The translations under genes were made by a program, and so were the position numbers. This document shows, in pieces, positions 11,956 to 22,690 of a stretch of DNA of 64,000 nucleotides. The first letter of the stretch is position 1. Each line of letters begins with the position of its first letter. Source of the stretch: a bacterium (GTDB lineage: Bacteria; Planctomycetota; SZUA-567); contig QKCJ01000019.1 in assembly GCA_003245715.1 (NCBI GenBank), forward strand, positions 3,119 through 67,118, given 5' to 3'. The notes under the pieces are model-generated. The model had not been told where the DNA came from and made no database searches. It saw only the letters and a program-made list of their open reading frames with translations.

Positions 11956-13245
11956 ATGCGCGATATTGTTATTCCAAATATCATATATCAGGGCTATTCA
12001 CTCCGCCGCAGACGGGTGTGTATCGCCATTGCTATTGCCGCTTCCGTTATAATGTATACACTACTGACCTTCTTTTTTTACTATCAGGGAAATTATCCTT
12101 TTCTGATTTTGGTAAAACCCGCCAAAGACAGTTATAAAGACGCTCAGTCAATGCAGTTTGTGCTTATTGATGATAAGCAAATCGATGAAGCTGCGCCGGA
12201 TTTTGCCAAGTTACGCGGCCGCCAGAACCGTATCTCGCGCGACAGCAAAATCGACGATACACTCCCCAAACGCGGCCCTACTGCAGTAAAAACCGATCCT
12301 TTTCAATCATTTACCGAAGGCTCGCCAAAAGCTTCAGCCCCTTCACAGCCGGCTGTTTCGCAAGTCTCCAGACCAACACCACCAAAACCTGAAATCAAAC
12401 CTGCGCCGCCAGTTCCAGCGGTAAAACCCCTCACACCATCTGCGCAAAAACAAGCAGAGAAAACGCAACACGAGCCAGAAGCGGTTGCGCAAAAAGCTCC
12501 GGTAATCGCCAAAATCGAGCAGAATGCACCGGATCTTTCGGAACCGGAAGTCCCCGGAACATTTTTCACCCTCGAAAGCAACCGCCCGCGGGAGAATGAC
12601 TTCACCAAACGTCCTGAAACAAAGACAGCTGATAAAGTTCAGAAAAATATTGCCGAGAAATCGCCTAAACCAGCAGAACAGCAAAAGGCCGAAAAAATCA
12701 GCAAAGTAATGCCCGATCCAGAAAAAAGTCCGCCGAAAATGCCGGAAAAAGCAATAAAACCTGTACAACCACAGCAACCCCGCCAGCCAAGCAACAGACA
12801 GGTTGAGCAGCCGATTAATATCCCTGTACGCCGTATCGGCGCAAAAAGCCAGAAGCAGGGCGGTCAGATCGGCTTTACCCAGAAGACCTCGGCAATGGGC
12901 GTAGGGCAGCGCTCCATGGCGGTTCTGCGTGACCGTTATGGAGCCTATATGGAGCTGCTTCTGCGCCGTATTCAAGAAGCGATCACCCTCCAGCAGCAGC
13001 TCTCGCCGATCTTCTTCACTCAAGGCGTTGTCATAATGAATTTCACCATCAACGAACGCGGACAACTGGTAAATATCCACCACGTTCAAGCCTCGCCGCA
13101 GAACATGCCCAATGAAAGCGCTGCTGCACGCAGAGTACTTGAAGATGTCGCAACAGGCCGACCACTACCGCCACCAACGCCGCAAATGCTCAATGATCCC
13201 GAATTTCAGAAAATCACAATCAACTTCCTCTTCCAGCAGTTTTAA
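11956..13245 (+). CDS. TonB-like protein: N-terminal membrane anchor, long Pro/Lys-rich linker and a TonB-C-like domain
   Basis: 429 aa. TM segment VCIAIAIAASVIMYTLLTFFFYY. Linker with PTPPKPEIKPAPPVPAVKPLTP and PEKSPPKMPEKAIKPVQPQQP. The C-terminal GVVIMNFTINERGQLVNIHHVQAS...AAARRVLEDV...PLPPPTP resembles TonB C-terminal domains. No exbBD adjacent. Confidence 0.55.
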   Translation: MRDIVIPNIIYQGYSLRRRRVCIAIAIAASVIMYTLLTFFFYYQGNYPFLILVKPAKDSYKDAQSMQFVLIDDKQIDEAAPDFAKLRGRQNRISRDSKIDDTLPKRGPTAVKTDPFQSFTEGSPKASAPSQPAVSQVSRPTPPKPEIKPAPPVPAVKPLTPSAQKQAEKTQHEPEAVAQKAPVIAKIEQNAPDLSEPEVPGTFFTLESNRPRENDFTKRPETKTADKVQKNIAEKSPKPAEQQKAEKISKVMPDPEKSPPKMPEKAIKPVQPQQPRQPSNRQVEQPINIPVRRIGAKSQKQGGQIGFTQKTSAMGVGQRSMAVLRDRYGAYMELLLRRIQEAITLQQQLSPIFFTQGVVIMNFTINERGQLVNIHHVQASPQNMPNESAAARRVLEDVATGRPLPPPTPQMLNDPEFQKITINFLFQQF

Positions 13246-13293
13246 TTACTTCAGGCAGCAACGCAGATCAGTTATTCAAATGAGCAGTACTCT

Positions 13294-14136
13294 CTATGCC
13301 TCACTTTCAGCACGATACTTCCGACGGTATTGCAGCGGTGTCGTACCGCTAGAACGCTTAAACACCGAGGAAAAATGATTCTGGCTGGAGAAACCACTCT
13401 CCGCCGCCACCGCTCCCATGCCGATACCGGTATTCTCAAGCAGGCTTTTAGCGCGCTCAACCCTTAGCCGCAAGCGCCGTTCACTAAAAGCCTCACCCAT
13501 CTCCTGCGCAAACAAATGAATAAAACGCGAGGTACTCAGATGACAATTCTCAGCCACCTCTGCGGCGGTAAAACTCTCGGAAATATGCTGCTGCATCCAC
13601 TTCACAGCCTCCTCAATCCGCCGGTCAATCCCGCCGCCGGTGCGGTTTCGTATAATACACTGATAATGCTTTAAAATTTCACCAGCTATCAGATCCGCCA
13701 GCATCAGCAGCTCATTCTGCTGCTCCAATCCAAGCACCGGCAAAGAGTTAAACTGCCCCAGAATCCGTGAATATGTACACTTGCCACCCTCAAGCCGGAA
13801 AGGCCCAATAAAAAGCAACCCTTCAAGCCGCGTCTCGACAAATAAAGGTATAACCAGCTCGCTTATACCGGCATGACAGGTCTTGAGATACGCTTCACGC
13901 CGCTCCAAAACCGCATTTACCGCGGCAATATTATCATCACCCCGGCAACGCCCTTCCATCGCCCGGGAATTTTTAACCGCCAGACAAAAATCATTGCAGT
14001 GCAGAGCCTGATCGCGCCTCAACCCCTTCTCCGCCAGTCCATCAAGCCTCTTCCAGACAGCATGAAAGCCGCAAAGCCCGGTAAAAGCCTTCATCCGCCG
14101 TGAAATATCCTCTATTATACCACAGTTTTTTTTCAT
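13294..14136 (-). CDS. AraC-family transcriptional regulator with an N-terminal sensor domain
   Basis: 280 aa. C-terminal double HTH (FTAAEVAENCHLSTSRFIHLFAQEMGEAF...GIGMGAVAAESGFSSQNHFSSVFKRSSGTTPLQYRR). Divergent from the FAD oxidoreductase gene. Confidence 0.88.
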   Translation of the reverse strand: MKKNCGIIEDISRRMKAFTGLCGFHAVWKRLDGLAEKGLRRDQALHCNDFCLAVKNSRAMEGRCRGDDNIAAVNAVLERREAYLKTCHAGISELVIPLFVETRLEGLLFIGPFRLEGGKCTYSRILGQFNSLPVLGLEQQNELLMLADLIAGEILKHYQCIIRNRTGGGIDRRIEEAVKWMQQHISESFTAAEVAENCHLSTSRFIHLFAQEMGEAFSERRLRLRVERAKSLLENTGIGMGAVAAESGFSSQNHFSSVFKRSSGTTPLQYRRKYRAESEA

Positions 14137-14276
14137 TTAAACCCTATTTTACAACTAAAATAGCATATTTATATAAAAATATCAGCATGATTATATGTAG
14201 ACCGCCAATTTTTGGCAAGGTAAAATAACCTCGGCCAATCAATAAATTTTGTATTAATTTTAAAAAGGAAGATAAA

Positions 14277-15644
14277 ATGAAACAGATAACTGAGCCAGCA
14301 CAGACGGTAAATCTGGCGCATGAATGTGATATCTGTGTTATCGGCGGAAGCTGTACCGGGGTTTTCGCAGCAATCAGAGCCGCCCGGGAAGGAGCATCGG
14401 TCGCGCTGATCGAGCAGCAGGGGGTGCTTGGGGGAGTGGCTACGGCCTCGCTCGTTCCGATGTGGCACAACCTTTATGATATTGATAACAAGGAACAGAT
14501 TATCGGTGGCCTTAGCCATGAAGTCATCAAGGAGCTCGATAAACTTGGCGCTACCTCATGGCAGGAAAACCGCCCCCTCATGACCAAGATAACCTTCAAC
14601 CCCTTTGAACTGATGATTATCCTTGACCGGCTTCTGCTTGAGGCGGGGATTCGGGTATTTCTGCACGCGAAATTCTGCCGGCCTCTCATGGATGATGACA
14701 GGCAAGCCGAACCAAAGAGCAAACTCAAGGCGGTTATTATTGAAGATAAATCAGGACGCAGGGCAATAAGTGCAAAATACTTTATTGACGCTACAGGTGA
14801 CGCGGACGTCATCGACCGGCTGGGGCTCTCTACCTACAAGGAAAACAACCTCCAACCGCCAAGCACACCGGTCATGCTGCGCGGCATGAAAAAATGGTAC
14901 GAAGCCAACCCCGGCGTAAGCCTCAATGATGTTTTCTTCAATAGCAAATACAGGCATTCAATTTCAAAAGGTTTTGTCTGGTCTACGCCGATACCGGGCA
15001 TGAGTGATATGGCAATGATTTGCGGAACACGCGTTCACGGCGCAGACTGTTCAGACGCCGATGATTTGACTGACGCCGAGTTGGAAGGACGCCGCCAGGT
15101 AAGAAGCATCGTAACACTGCTGCAGGAAAATTTCAAAGGCGCCGAGGATATCGCTATTGCCGGACTGCCCGGACATATCGGTATCCGCCAGACCCGCCAG
15201 ATCAACGCCCTGCATAAACTGACAGAAGAAGAATTGCTTACTGGCGTACGTTTTGATGACACAATCGCGCGCGGCACATACCCGGTTGATATCCACAACG
15301 GCAAGGGCGGGGGCATCACCTTCCGACTTATTAGCGGCGAAGAGCGCATACTTGATGAAAATCTCAAATGGACTGACGGGCGCTGGCTTGAAGAAGGCAA
15401 GGCACACGCACCATATTACTGCATCCCCTACCGCTCGCTTGTCCCTAAAGGCGCCCATAATATTCTTGCCGCAGGACGCTCAATTGACGCCGACAAAGGA
15501 GCTTTCGGAGCGATAAGGGTAATGATTAACTGCAACCAGACCGGTGAAGCGGCAGGCATCGCTTCAGTAATGGCGATGCGCGGGAACTATTCAGTCGCAG
15601 AGATCAACACCGAAACCCTACGCAAAAAACTGGGGCTAGCCTAA
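14277..15644 (+). CDS. FAD-dependent oxidoreductase
   Basis: 455 aa. N-terminal dinucleotide-binding motif CDICVIGGSCTGVFAAIRAAREGASVALIEQQGVLGG. AAGGAAG RBS. Confidence 0.8.
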   Translation: MKQITEPAQTVNLAHECDICVIGGSCTGVFAAIRAAREGASVALIEQQGVLGGVATASLVPMWHNLYDIDNKEQIIGGLSHEVIKELDKLGATSWQENRPLMTKITFNPFELMIILDRLLLEAGIRVFLHAKFCRPLMDDDRQAEPKSKLKAVIIEDKSGRRAISAKYFIDATGDADVIDRLGLSTYKENNLQPPSTPVMLRGMKKWYEANPGVSLNDVFFNSKYRHSISKGFVWSTPIPGMSDMAMICGTRVHGADCSDADDLTDAELEGRRQVRSIVTLLQENFKGAEDIAIAGLPGHIGIRQTRQINALHKLTEEELLTGVRFDDTIARGTYPVDIHNGKGGGITFRLISGEERILDENLKWTDGRWLEEGKAHAPYYCIPYRSLVPKGAHNILAAGRSIDADKGAFGAIRVMINCNQTGEAAGIASVMAMRGNYSVAEINTETLRKKLGLA

Positions 15645-15678
15645 ACATTTAAATTAATTTACTCGCCGCCCCAAACGA

Positions 15679-17784
15679 TTAATACAACCCGCGTTCGTAG
15701 TTAAAGAGGTTAGCATTTTTCGGCTGCTTGCGCAGGTTATTCCATTCTTTAAGCGCCTTTTTTGCACCGATAAAATCCGCACAAAGATAACGCGCCTTGA
15801 TATTTTCATTCTTGATATGTGCAATTGAGAACGGTTCGGTTGCCCTGAGATAACACAGGCCATTTTCATTACTTAATTCCAGCCTGATGCCGCGGGAGTC
15901 TTCAAGTGACAAACGCTCTTCATTGGTGACTACCGCACGCGTACAGGCAAGAAGGGGGCGGCTGTGGACATATAAAATACCCGGCAAGGGAAAAGATTGC
16001 GATAAATCCTCAAACTGCTTCTGCCCGGCTTCCAGACTGTAAGTAGCTGCAGTAAAACCATTCCCGGAAAGCGCCGCACCCGCAAGCGGATTGAGAACCG
16101 CCACGCCAGGGCCGCCGATTATTTCAGCGCCGCTTTCTTTTGCCAGCTCAAAGCCGTCCCAGCCATTGACCTCAATCATAAAACCAGCCTCAACAGCTTT
16201 GGCGCAAAATTCCCGGAGACTTGCAAGCTCATGCTCAAAGAAGACAGACGGCAGCGCAACAGCCAGTTTGCTGTTTTTGCCGATTTCTTTATAATGGGCA
16301 AAATCCTCGGCTGTAATCTTCTCGACCACTACCAGCTCCGGCGAGACCTCAGCCAGAAACTCTTCAGCCTGCTCCCATTCAAGACGCACCATATTAGGCT
16401 TGTGCCCAAGCTGTGAAGGATTGAATTCTGTATCACGGTTAAAACGCACCAGATCACGCACCACTTCAGATACTTCCACTTCAACGCTTTTTTTCGATTT
16501 TGATTTTTTGAGCCGGTGCAACGCCGCCGAAATTTTATCCGCAAGGGTATTAACCGCTTTCCGCGGCAATAGAAATTCCTTGTCATCACAGGCAAAGTCA
16601 TCCAGCTCCGCGCCCTGAATCTTGAAATTCCTGAGCCACGCCGCCGCTTCTTCAAGGCTTACCGCGCGCTTGGCATGACGTACCAGCGTCTTGACCTGCT
16701 CCCACCTCTCAACTCCGCTTTCACAAGAAAGAGTAACAACCAGCTTCTCTCCCTCGCTGATAATTTCCAGATTATATTCAAGGACATTGTTATTTAATTT
16801 CACTTCAGGCGATATCACCTGCTCGTCATCTTCAGCCGATTCCTCAGCGGCAGGGCGGCCATACTCACCAGTCATCTCTTGCGGTTTTTCCTCAAGATAA
16901 CCAGCCGTCATCTCACGCCCGGCATATGCACCAAGCTCACTCTCAAGCTCAACGCCAACACCCTCACCATTAAACGCGCGGCGGTAGAGATCAACCGCCT
17001 TATGCACCCACCCCGCACTCTTCAGCCGCCCCTCAATCTTGACGCAGCTTACCCCCATCCTTGCAAGCTCGGCAAGATAATCAACCGCGCACAGATCGCG
17101 CATCGCCAGAAGCGTTCCAAGGTCATTGTCCTTGCTGATATTACCGTCAAGTTTCTTGCGGCGCTGATTCCAGCGGACCCGGCATGGACTTGTACACGCA
17201 CCCCGGTTACCACTGCGCCCGCCACCCCAGCTACTGATAAGACAACGCCCGGAAACACACATGCACAGCGCTCCCTGAACAAACACTTCAACCTCAACCC
17301 CGCAATCACGCCCAACCTCCGCCGCCGCATTAATCTCAGCAAGCGACATCTCGCGCGCCAGAACAACCCGCTTAATGCCAAGCCGTGCCGCCGCCCGCAC
17401 CCCGGCGCTGCTAGTAACCGAGGCCTGTGTGCTGAAATGAAATTCAAGCGCAGGGAAATACTCTTTAAGTTTCAGAAGCGCAGCGTCGGCAAAGAGAACA
17501 GCGTCTACGCCCGAATCAACTGCCAGCTGCAGACAGCGGGCCGTCTCACCGATCTCGCGCGTTGCAAGGTCGATATTGAGTGTCAGGAAAATACGTGCGT
17601 TTCTTTCATGCGCCTTGGCAACCGCTTCAACCAGCTCCGCCTGCGAGAAATTCTGCGCACCGCGCCGCGCGTTAAGATTGTTCAGGCCAAGGTATACCGC
17701 GTCCGCCCCAGCTTCAAGCGCCGCGTCAAGTGCCACCATTGATCCCGCCGGTGCCAGCAATTCCATCTTCATAATTTTCACCAT
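15679..17784 (-). CDS. Peptidase U32 family protein (long form with a C-terminal extension)
   Basis: 701 aa. MELLAPAGSMVALDAALEAGADAVYLGL...NAR and EVFVQGALCMCVSGRCLISS are the hallmark U32 motifs. The start may be one of the nearby Met codons (MVKIMKMELL). Confidence 0.88.
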   Translation of the reverse strand: MVKIMKMELLAPAGSMVALDAALEAGADAVYLGLNNLNARRGAQNFSQAELVEAVAKAHERNARIFLTLNIDLATREIGETARCLQLAVDSGVDAVLFADAALLKLKEYFPALEFHFSTQASVTSSAGVRAAARLGIKRVVLAREMSLAEINAAAEVGRDCGVEVEVFVQGALCMCVSGRCLISSWGGGRSGNRGACTSPCRVRWNQRRKKLDGNISKDNDLGTLLAMRDLCAVDYLAELARMGVSCVKIEGRLKSAGWVHKAVDLYRRAFNGEGVGVELESELGAYAGREMTAGYLEEKPQEMTGEYGRPAAEESAEDDEQVISPEVKLNNNVLEYNLEIISEGEKLVVTLSCESGVERWEQVKTLVRHAKRAVSLEEAAAWLRNFKIQGAELDDFACDDKEFLLPRKAVNTLADKISAALHRLKKSKSKKSVEVEVSEVVRDLVRFNRDTEFNPSQLGHKPNMVRLEWEQAEEFLAEVSPELVVVEKITAEDFAHYKEIGKNSKLAVALPSVFFEHELASLREFCAKAVEAGFMIEVNGWDGFELAKESGAEIIGGPGVAVLNPLAGAALSGNGFTAATYSLEAGQKQFEDLSQSFPLPGILYVHSRPLLACTRAVVTNEERLSLEDSRGIRLELSNENGLCYLRATEPFSIAHIKNENIKARYLCADFIGAKKALKEWNNLRKQPKNANLFNYERGLY

Positions 17785-17825
17785 CCTGCATCAGTGCGGC
17801 AGTAAAACCGCTTATAACTTATAAT

Positions 17826-17863
17826 TAAAAACCGCCGCCGGTTCTGGCAGCGGTTATTTTTTT
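17826..17863. terminator. Bidirectional-looking hairpin between cysS and the U32 gene
   Basis: accgccgcc (17831-17839) / ggcagcggt (17847-17855): 9-bp stem with one G-U. Flanked by an A run upstream and a T run downstream, so it reads as a terminator on either strand. It most plausibly terminates cysS (minus strand). Confidence 0.6.
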
Positions 17864-17879
17864 AATTTATCACCGCCGC

Positions 17880-19361
17880 TCAGGAGACCGTCCAGGTCGT
17901 CTCGCCACCTTTGTCATTAAGCTGAACGCCAATAGCTGCAAGCTTGTCACGGATTTCATCAGACAAGGCAAAATCTTTCTTCACGCGCGCTTCTGTGCGG
18001 ATATCAACAAGCAGCCTGATATAATCATCACCGCCAACACCAGCCGCAGCCGGACGCTCCGGTGGCAGTCCAAGCACACCAAGAACTGAGATCAGCATCT
18101 GACTCGCCGCATACGCATCCTGTCCGCCCATAGCAGCAAGGGCGCTGTTAGCAGCATTGACAAAATCAAAGATCGCCGCAAGAGCTTTTGGCGTATTGAA
18201 ATCATCATTCATTGCCGAGATGAATTCAGTGCCAAGCTTGATAACCTCTGCGCCAAATCCTGCCGCGACAAAGTCCGCACCCATACGCTCTGCGGGAGCA
18301 GTCTCACCCCATTTAATCAAGTATGCCGGAGCCTTTTCCTCACCTTCGGCAATCGCCGCAATTTTCTCACCAAGCGCTTCCACACAAGTGTATATACGTT
18401 TTATTGAACTCTCCGCAGACTTTAGTAGTGATGGCTTATAGAGCAGCGGCATCCGGTAATGCGTTCCCAGAATCCAGAAGCGCAGCGCCATCGGTGAGGA
18501 GACCTTGAAGGCCTCGCGCAGCCAGAAAGCGTTGCCCTTACTCTTACCCATCTTGATCTCTTCGCCATCATCTTTAGCGACGGTGATAAAGCCGTTGTGC
18601 ATCCAGTAATTGGCAAAAATCTTACCCGTAGCCGCCTCAGACTGGGCAAGCTCATTCTCATGATGCGGGAAGCACAGATCAGCCCCGCCGCCGTGAATAT
18701 CCAGCTCCATACCGCAATACTTGCCGCTCATCGCCGAACACTCAATATGCCAGCCAGGACGCCCCGCGCCCCATGGTGATTCCCACTCAGGCTCACCAGG
18801 CTTGCTGAATTTCCATAACGCAAAATCCTGCTGGTTACGCTTCTCCGGATCAGTCTCAACACGATGTTCGGTTGAATCGTCATCAGTCACCTTGCCAGAC
18901 AAACGGCCATAATCAGCGAACTTGCTGACATCAAACCAGACTCCGCGGCTGGTGCAGTATGCGATGCCTTTACTCTCGAGGTCTTTAATCAGGTCGATCA
19001 TGTCCTGAATATGCTCGGTAGCTTTGGGGCGGATGGTCGGACTGCGCACACCAAGAGCGGCCATGTCAGCTTCATACTCGTCCTGATAGCGGCTGGCCAG
19101 CGCGGCGCAGGAGATACCAAGCTCGCCGGCGCGGCGGATAATCTTGTCGTCGATGTCTGTGATGTTACTCATAAAGGTCACAGCATATCCGGCGTATTCG
19201 AGATAGCGGCGGATCGTGTCAAAGACCACAGCCGGGCGGGCGTGGCCGATGTGACAGCTGTCATACACCGTCGGGCCACAGACATACATCATCACCTCTT
19301 TACCGTTACGGGGCTTGAAGGTCAACTTGTCACGTTTCTCGCTGGTGTAAATATTGAGCAT
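17880..19361 (-). CDS. cysS: Cysteine--tRNA ligase
   Basis: MLNIYTSEKRDKLTFKP...MYVCGPTVYDSCHIGHARP (HIGH motif) and KMGKSKGN (KMSKS motif). The track ORF begins 24 codons upstream (19433), but that extension does not resemble CysS. Confidence 0.94.
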   Translation of the reverse strand: MLNIYTSEKRDKLTFKPRNGKEVMMYVCGPTVYDSCHIGHARPAVVFDTIRRYLEYAGYAVTFMSNITDIDDKIIRRAGELGISCAALASRYQDEYEADMAALGVRSPTIRPKATEHIQDMIDLIKDLESKGIAYCTSRGVWFDVSKFADYGRLSGKVTDDDSTEHRVETDPEKRNQQDFALWKFSKPGEPEWESPWGAGRPGWHIECSAMSGKYCGMELDIHGGGADLCFPHHENELAQSEAATGKIFANYWMHNGFITVAKDDGEEIKMGKSKGNAFWLREAFKVSSPMALRFWILGTHYRMPLLYKPSLLKSAESSIKRIYTCVEALGEKIAAIAEGEEKAPAYLIKWGETAPAERMGADFVAAGFGAEVIKLGTEFISAMNDDFNTPKALAAIFDFVNAANSALAAMGGQDAYAASQMLISVLGVLGLPPERPAAAGVGGDDYIRLLVDIRTEARVKKDFALSDEIRDKLAAIGVQLNDKGGETTWTVS

Positions 19362-19519
19362 TTTTTCACAATCCTGTCTGCAGTAATATTTTATCAAAAT
19401 AAGAATATCAAAATCATAATCATTAAGCATCAATAATCAAGATAAGATACGCTAAAAATACGGAATGAAAGAAAGAGTTTTTTTACTTTGCTATATCCAA
19501 CTCCTTTTATTATACTACC

Positions 19520-19655
19520 CTCAGTGTGCGAAAAGGCAAAAGGGGACACCTCTCCAGTCCCTTTACAACAAACTAATGTTTTGACTCCAACCCTGTCCAG
19601 CAATGGTCAGCCGGTGTGTTTTACACAGTTTTCGCGGGGATGTCCCTGCACTGAG
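19520..19655 (+). promoter_or_regulatory. Candidate structured 5' leader upstream of ppdK
   Basis: Two consecutive 7-bp long-range helices: ctcagtg 19520-26 / cactgag 19649-55 and gcgaaaa 19528-34 / ttttcgc 19629-35. They enclose an 8-bp hairpin (19540-47 / 19557-64). GGGAC at 19543-47 can pair with either GTCCC 19557-61 or GTCCC 19642-46. It matches no riboswitch class I recognise. Confidence 0.3.
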
Positions 19656-19707
19656 AATAATTATCTAATTGTTTTATTGTCGGGCATAATACAGGAGAAT
19701 TATAACG

Positions 19708-22563
19708 ATGGCAAAATCTCAAAAAATGGTTTACTTTTTCGGCGGCGGCAAGGCTGAAGGCAAGACTTCAATGAAGCTGCTGCTTGGCGGCAAGGGTGCT
19801 AATCTTGCTGATATGTCTTCACAGGGGCTGCCTGTTCCTCCAGGCTTTACAATCACCACCGAGGTCTGCGCAAAATACTATGAGCTTGGCAAGAAATACC
19901 CTACCGGCCTCGATAAGCAGATCGATGAAAATATCCAGAAAATCGAAAAGGTCACCGGCAAGACTTTCGGCAAGGGCGACAACCCGCTTCTGGTCTCTGT
20001 GCGCTCAGGTGCAGCCGTCTCAATGCCTGGCATGATGGACACCGTTCTCAACCTCGGCCTTAACGATCAGACTCTGGCTGCTCTTATCAAGATCACCGGC
20101 GACGAGCGTTTTGCCTATGATGCGTACAGGCGCTTCCTGCAGATGTTCGGTGATGTGGTTCTCGGCATTGAGCATCACGACTTTGAAACAGCGCTTGAAA
20201 AGGTCAAGAAAATCTTCGGCAGCAAGAAGAAGATCGCCAACATCAACAAGCTTGAACAGGAAGCCCTCAACAAGGCCGTGCCTGATACCGCCCTTGATGT
20301 AGACCATCTCAAGATGCTCATCACCGAATACAAGGCTGTTTACAAAAAGAATAATAAAGCCTTCCCGCAAGACCCGCGCAAGCAGTTGCAGGAAGCGATC
20401 AACGCTGTCTTCGGTTCATGGAATAACCCCCGCGCCATTAAGTACCGCCAGATCAATGATATCCGCGGCCTGATGGGAACCGCCGTCAACGTCCAGACCA
20501 TGGTCTTCGGTAACTCCGGCTCAGACAGCGCTACCGGTGTTGCCTTTACCCGCGATCCGTCAACCGGTGAGAACCGTTATTTCTACGGCGAATACCTCAT
20601 CAACGCGCAGGGCGAGGACGTGGTTGCCGGTATCCGCACCCCGCAGCAGATCACTACCGCCGGTTCAAAAGAATGGGCCAAGTCAAACGGTATCAGCGAG
20701 ACCGACCGCAAGAGCAAATTCCCCTCACTTGAGGAAGCCATGCCAAAATGCTTCAAGGAACTTGACACTATCCGCGTGAAACTTGAAACACATTACAAGG
20801 ACATGCAGGACCTTGAGTTCACAATTGAGCATGGCAAATTGTATATGTTGCAGACCCGTAACGGCAAACGGACCGGTGCGGCCGCTGTCAAGATCGCTGT
20901 TGATATGGTAAAGGAAAAACTTATTACCGACAAGATAGCGCTGACCCGTGTGGAACCGCAGCAACTTGACCAGCTTCTTCATCCGGTCTTTGAAGTCAAG
21001 GCTGAGAAAGCGGCTAAAGTTCTGGCTAAAGGACTTCCCGCCTCACCTGGTGCTGCTACAGGACAGATTGTCTTCACCGCTGATGACGCTGAGAAGTGGG
21101 CAAAGACCGGCAAAAAAGTTATCCTCTGCCGCGTCGAGACAAGCCCGGAAGATGTCACCGGCATGCACGTGGCTGCAGGCATCCTAACCGCCCGCGGCGG
21201 CATGACCAGTCATGCGGCGGTTGTTGCCCGCGGCTGGGGCAAGTGCTGTGTGAGTGGTTGCGGCGACGCCCATATTGATTCAAAGAAAAAAGTCATGAAG
21301 GTTGCCGGTAAGACCCTCAAGGAAGGCGACTGGCTCAGTCTCAACGGCTCTACCGGCTGTATCTACGCCGGACAGATCAAGACCGTTGACCCTGTCCTAT
21401 CCGGCCCGTTTGGCGAGTTGATGAAATGGTCGGACAAGTACCGCAAGCTGACAGTGCGCACCAACGCCGATACTCCGGCTGACACCGCAGTCGCGGTCAA
21501 GTTCGGCGCAGAAGGAATCGGTCTCTGCCGCACCGAGCACATGTTCTTTGAAGGCAAGCGCATCGTCAGCTTCCGCCGCTTTATCCTTGTTGCCGAAGAA
21601 GTAAAACGTCTCAAGGACGAACTCTGCTGCGCGACTATTGATGATCTAAAGATGGTCTGCAATCCCAAAATAAAGGGCTGCGAGAAAGCTTCAAAAGCAA
21701 TTGCCCAATACGAGCAGGCGCTCAAGGAACTTCTCACCCTCCAGCAGAAAGACTTCGAGGGAATGTTCAAGGCGCTCAAGGGACGCCCCTGCACGGTACG
21801 CCTCCTTGATCCTCCACTGCATGAGTTCCTCCCGCAGGACAAAGATGGTCAGGCTGAAATGGCCAAGACCATGAAGATCAAGCCTGCCGAGGTCAAAGCG
21901 CTCGTTGACGGATTACACGAATTCAACCCGATGCTTGGTCACCGCGGTTGCCGCCTTGGCATCTCTTATCCCGAGATCACCGCTATGCAGACGCGGGCGA
22001 TCATTCAGGCCGCACTCAAAGTCAAGGGCAGCAAACCTGAGATCATGGTTCCGCTTATCGGCAACGTCAGGGAATTTGCCAACCAGAAAAAAATTATTGA
22101 CGGTGTTATCGCCGACATCCTCAAGCAGAAGAAACTCAATAAGCTCCCCGTTGAGCTTAATATAGGCACAATGATCGAAGTACCTCGCGCGGCGATGACT
22201 GCGGATGAAGTCGCGGAACAGGCCGAGTTCTTCAGCTTCGGCACCAATGACCTCACCCAGATGACCTGCGGCTTCTCACGTGACGACGCCGGATCATTCC
22301 TCGGCGATTACGTCAATAAAGGAATGTATGAGTACGACCCCTTCCAGTCACTCGACCAGAACGGCGTCGGACGGGTAATTGAAACCGCTGTCAGCCTCGG
22401 CAAAAAGGCCCGCAAGGATATCAAGCTCGGTATCTGCGGCGAACATGGCGGTGACCCCAAGTCAATAGAGTTCTGCCACAAGACCGGACTCAACTACGTC
22501 AGCTGCTCACCGTACCGCGTGCCGATTGCCCGCCTTGCCGCAGCTCAGGCTGCGTTGAAATAA
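19708..22563 (+). CDS. ppdK: Pyruvate, phosphate dikinase (long form, 951 aa)
   Basis: [13 protein letters not shown]...[12 protein letters not shown], the phospho-His region [16 protein letters not shown] and the C-terminal [12 protein letters not shown]...CGEHGGDP are hallmark PPDK motifs. Confidence 0.96.
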   Translation: MAKSQKMVYFFGGGKAEGKTSMKLLLGGKGANLADMSSQGLPVPPGFTITTEVCAKYYELGKKYPTGLDKQIDENIQKIEKVTGKTFGKGDNPLLVSVRSGAAVSMPGMMDTVLNLGLNDQTLAALIKITGDERFAYDAYRRFLQMFGDVVLGIEHHDFETALEKVKKIFGSKKKIANINKLEQEALNKAVPDTALDVDHLKMLITEYKAVYKKNNKAFPQDPRKQLQEAINAVFGSWNNPRAIKYRQINDIRGLMGTAVNVQTMVFGNSGSDSATGVAFTRDPSTGENRYFYGEYLINAQGEDVVAGIRTPQQITTAGSKEWAKSNGISETDRKSKFPSLEEAMPKCFKELDTIRVKLETHYKDMQDLEFTIEHGKLYMLQTRNGKRTGAAAVKIAVDMVKEKLITDKIALTRVEPQQLDQLLHPVFEVKAEKAAKVLAKGLPASPGAATGQIVFTADDAEKWAKTGKKVILCRVETSPEDVTGMHVAAGILTARGGMTSHAAVVARGWGKCCVSGCGDAHIDSKKKVMKVAGKTLKEGDWLSLNGSTGCIYAGQIKTVDPVLSGPFGELMKWSDKYRKLTVRTNADTPADTAVAVKFGAEGIGLCRTEHMFFEGKRIVSFRRFILVAEEVKRLKDELCCATIDDLKMVCNPKIKGCEKASKAIAQYEQALKELLTLQQKDFEGMFKALKGRPCTVRLLDPPLHEFLPQDKDGQAEMAKTMKIKPAEVKALVDGLHEFNPMLGHRGCRLGISYPEITAMQTRAIIQAALKVKGSKPEIMVPLIGNVREFANQKKIIDGVIADILKQKKLNKLPVELNIGTMIEVPRAAMTADEVAEQAEFFSFGTNDLTQMTCGFSRDDAGSFLGDYVNKGMYEYDPFQSLDQNGVGRVIETAVSLGKKARKDIKLGICGEHGGDPKSIEFCHKTGLNYVSCSPYRVPIARLAAAQAALK

Positions 22564-22590
22564 TCGTTTCGCACTATCACCACAAGCATA

Positions 22591-22622
22591 AAGGGAGAGC
22601 TTTTTTTGCTCTCCCTTTTTTG
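22591..22622 (+). terminator. Rho-independent terminator of ppdK
   Basis: 10-bp perfect stem aagggagagc (22591-22600) / gctctccctt (22608-22617) with a T7 loop, followed by a T run. Confidence 0.85.
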
Positions 22623-22690
22623 TTGATATTTTTTAATATTGATAATAAGCGCCGAAGAAACAGATTCAGCAGCGCCTGAATAATTCATAA

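Noticed and set aside
12343-13089. Long antisense ORFs inside confidently called genes: 12343-13089(-), 16879-17742(+), 53444-54301(+), 54587-55345(+), 35725-36501(+), 1941-2579(+), 25045-25638(-)
   Set aside because: Each lies opposite a gene with clear family motifs, a signal peptide or an RBS. Their translations are low-complexity (Arg/Leu/Phe/Ser-rich) and have no RBS. They are the expected stop-free antisense frames of biased or repetitive coding sequence.
19362-19433. N-terminal ORF extensions offered by the six-frame track: cysS to 19433, Crp/Fnr to 23458, CcdA-like to 54364, repeat protein to 11282, lipoprotein to 47971, PHI from 56678, FHA genes to 29489 and 28192
   Set aside because: The extensions do not resemble the respective families, and several start at TTG or GTG. 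Internal ATGs with better RBSs give canonical N-termini or signal peptides.
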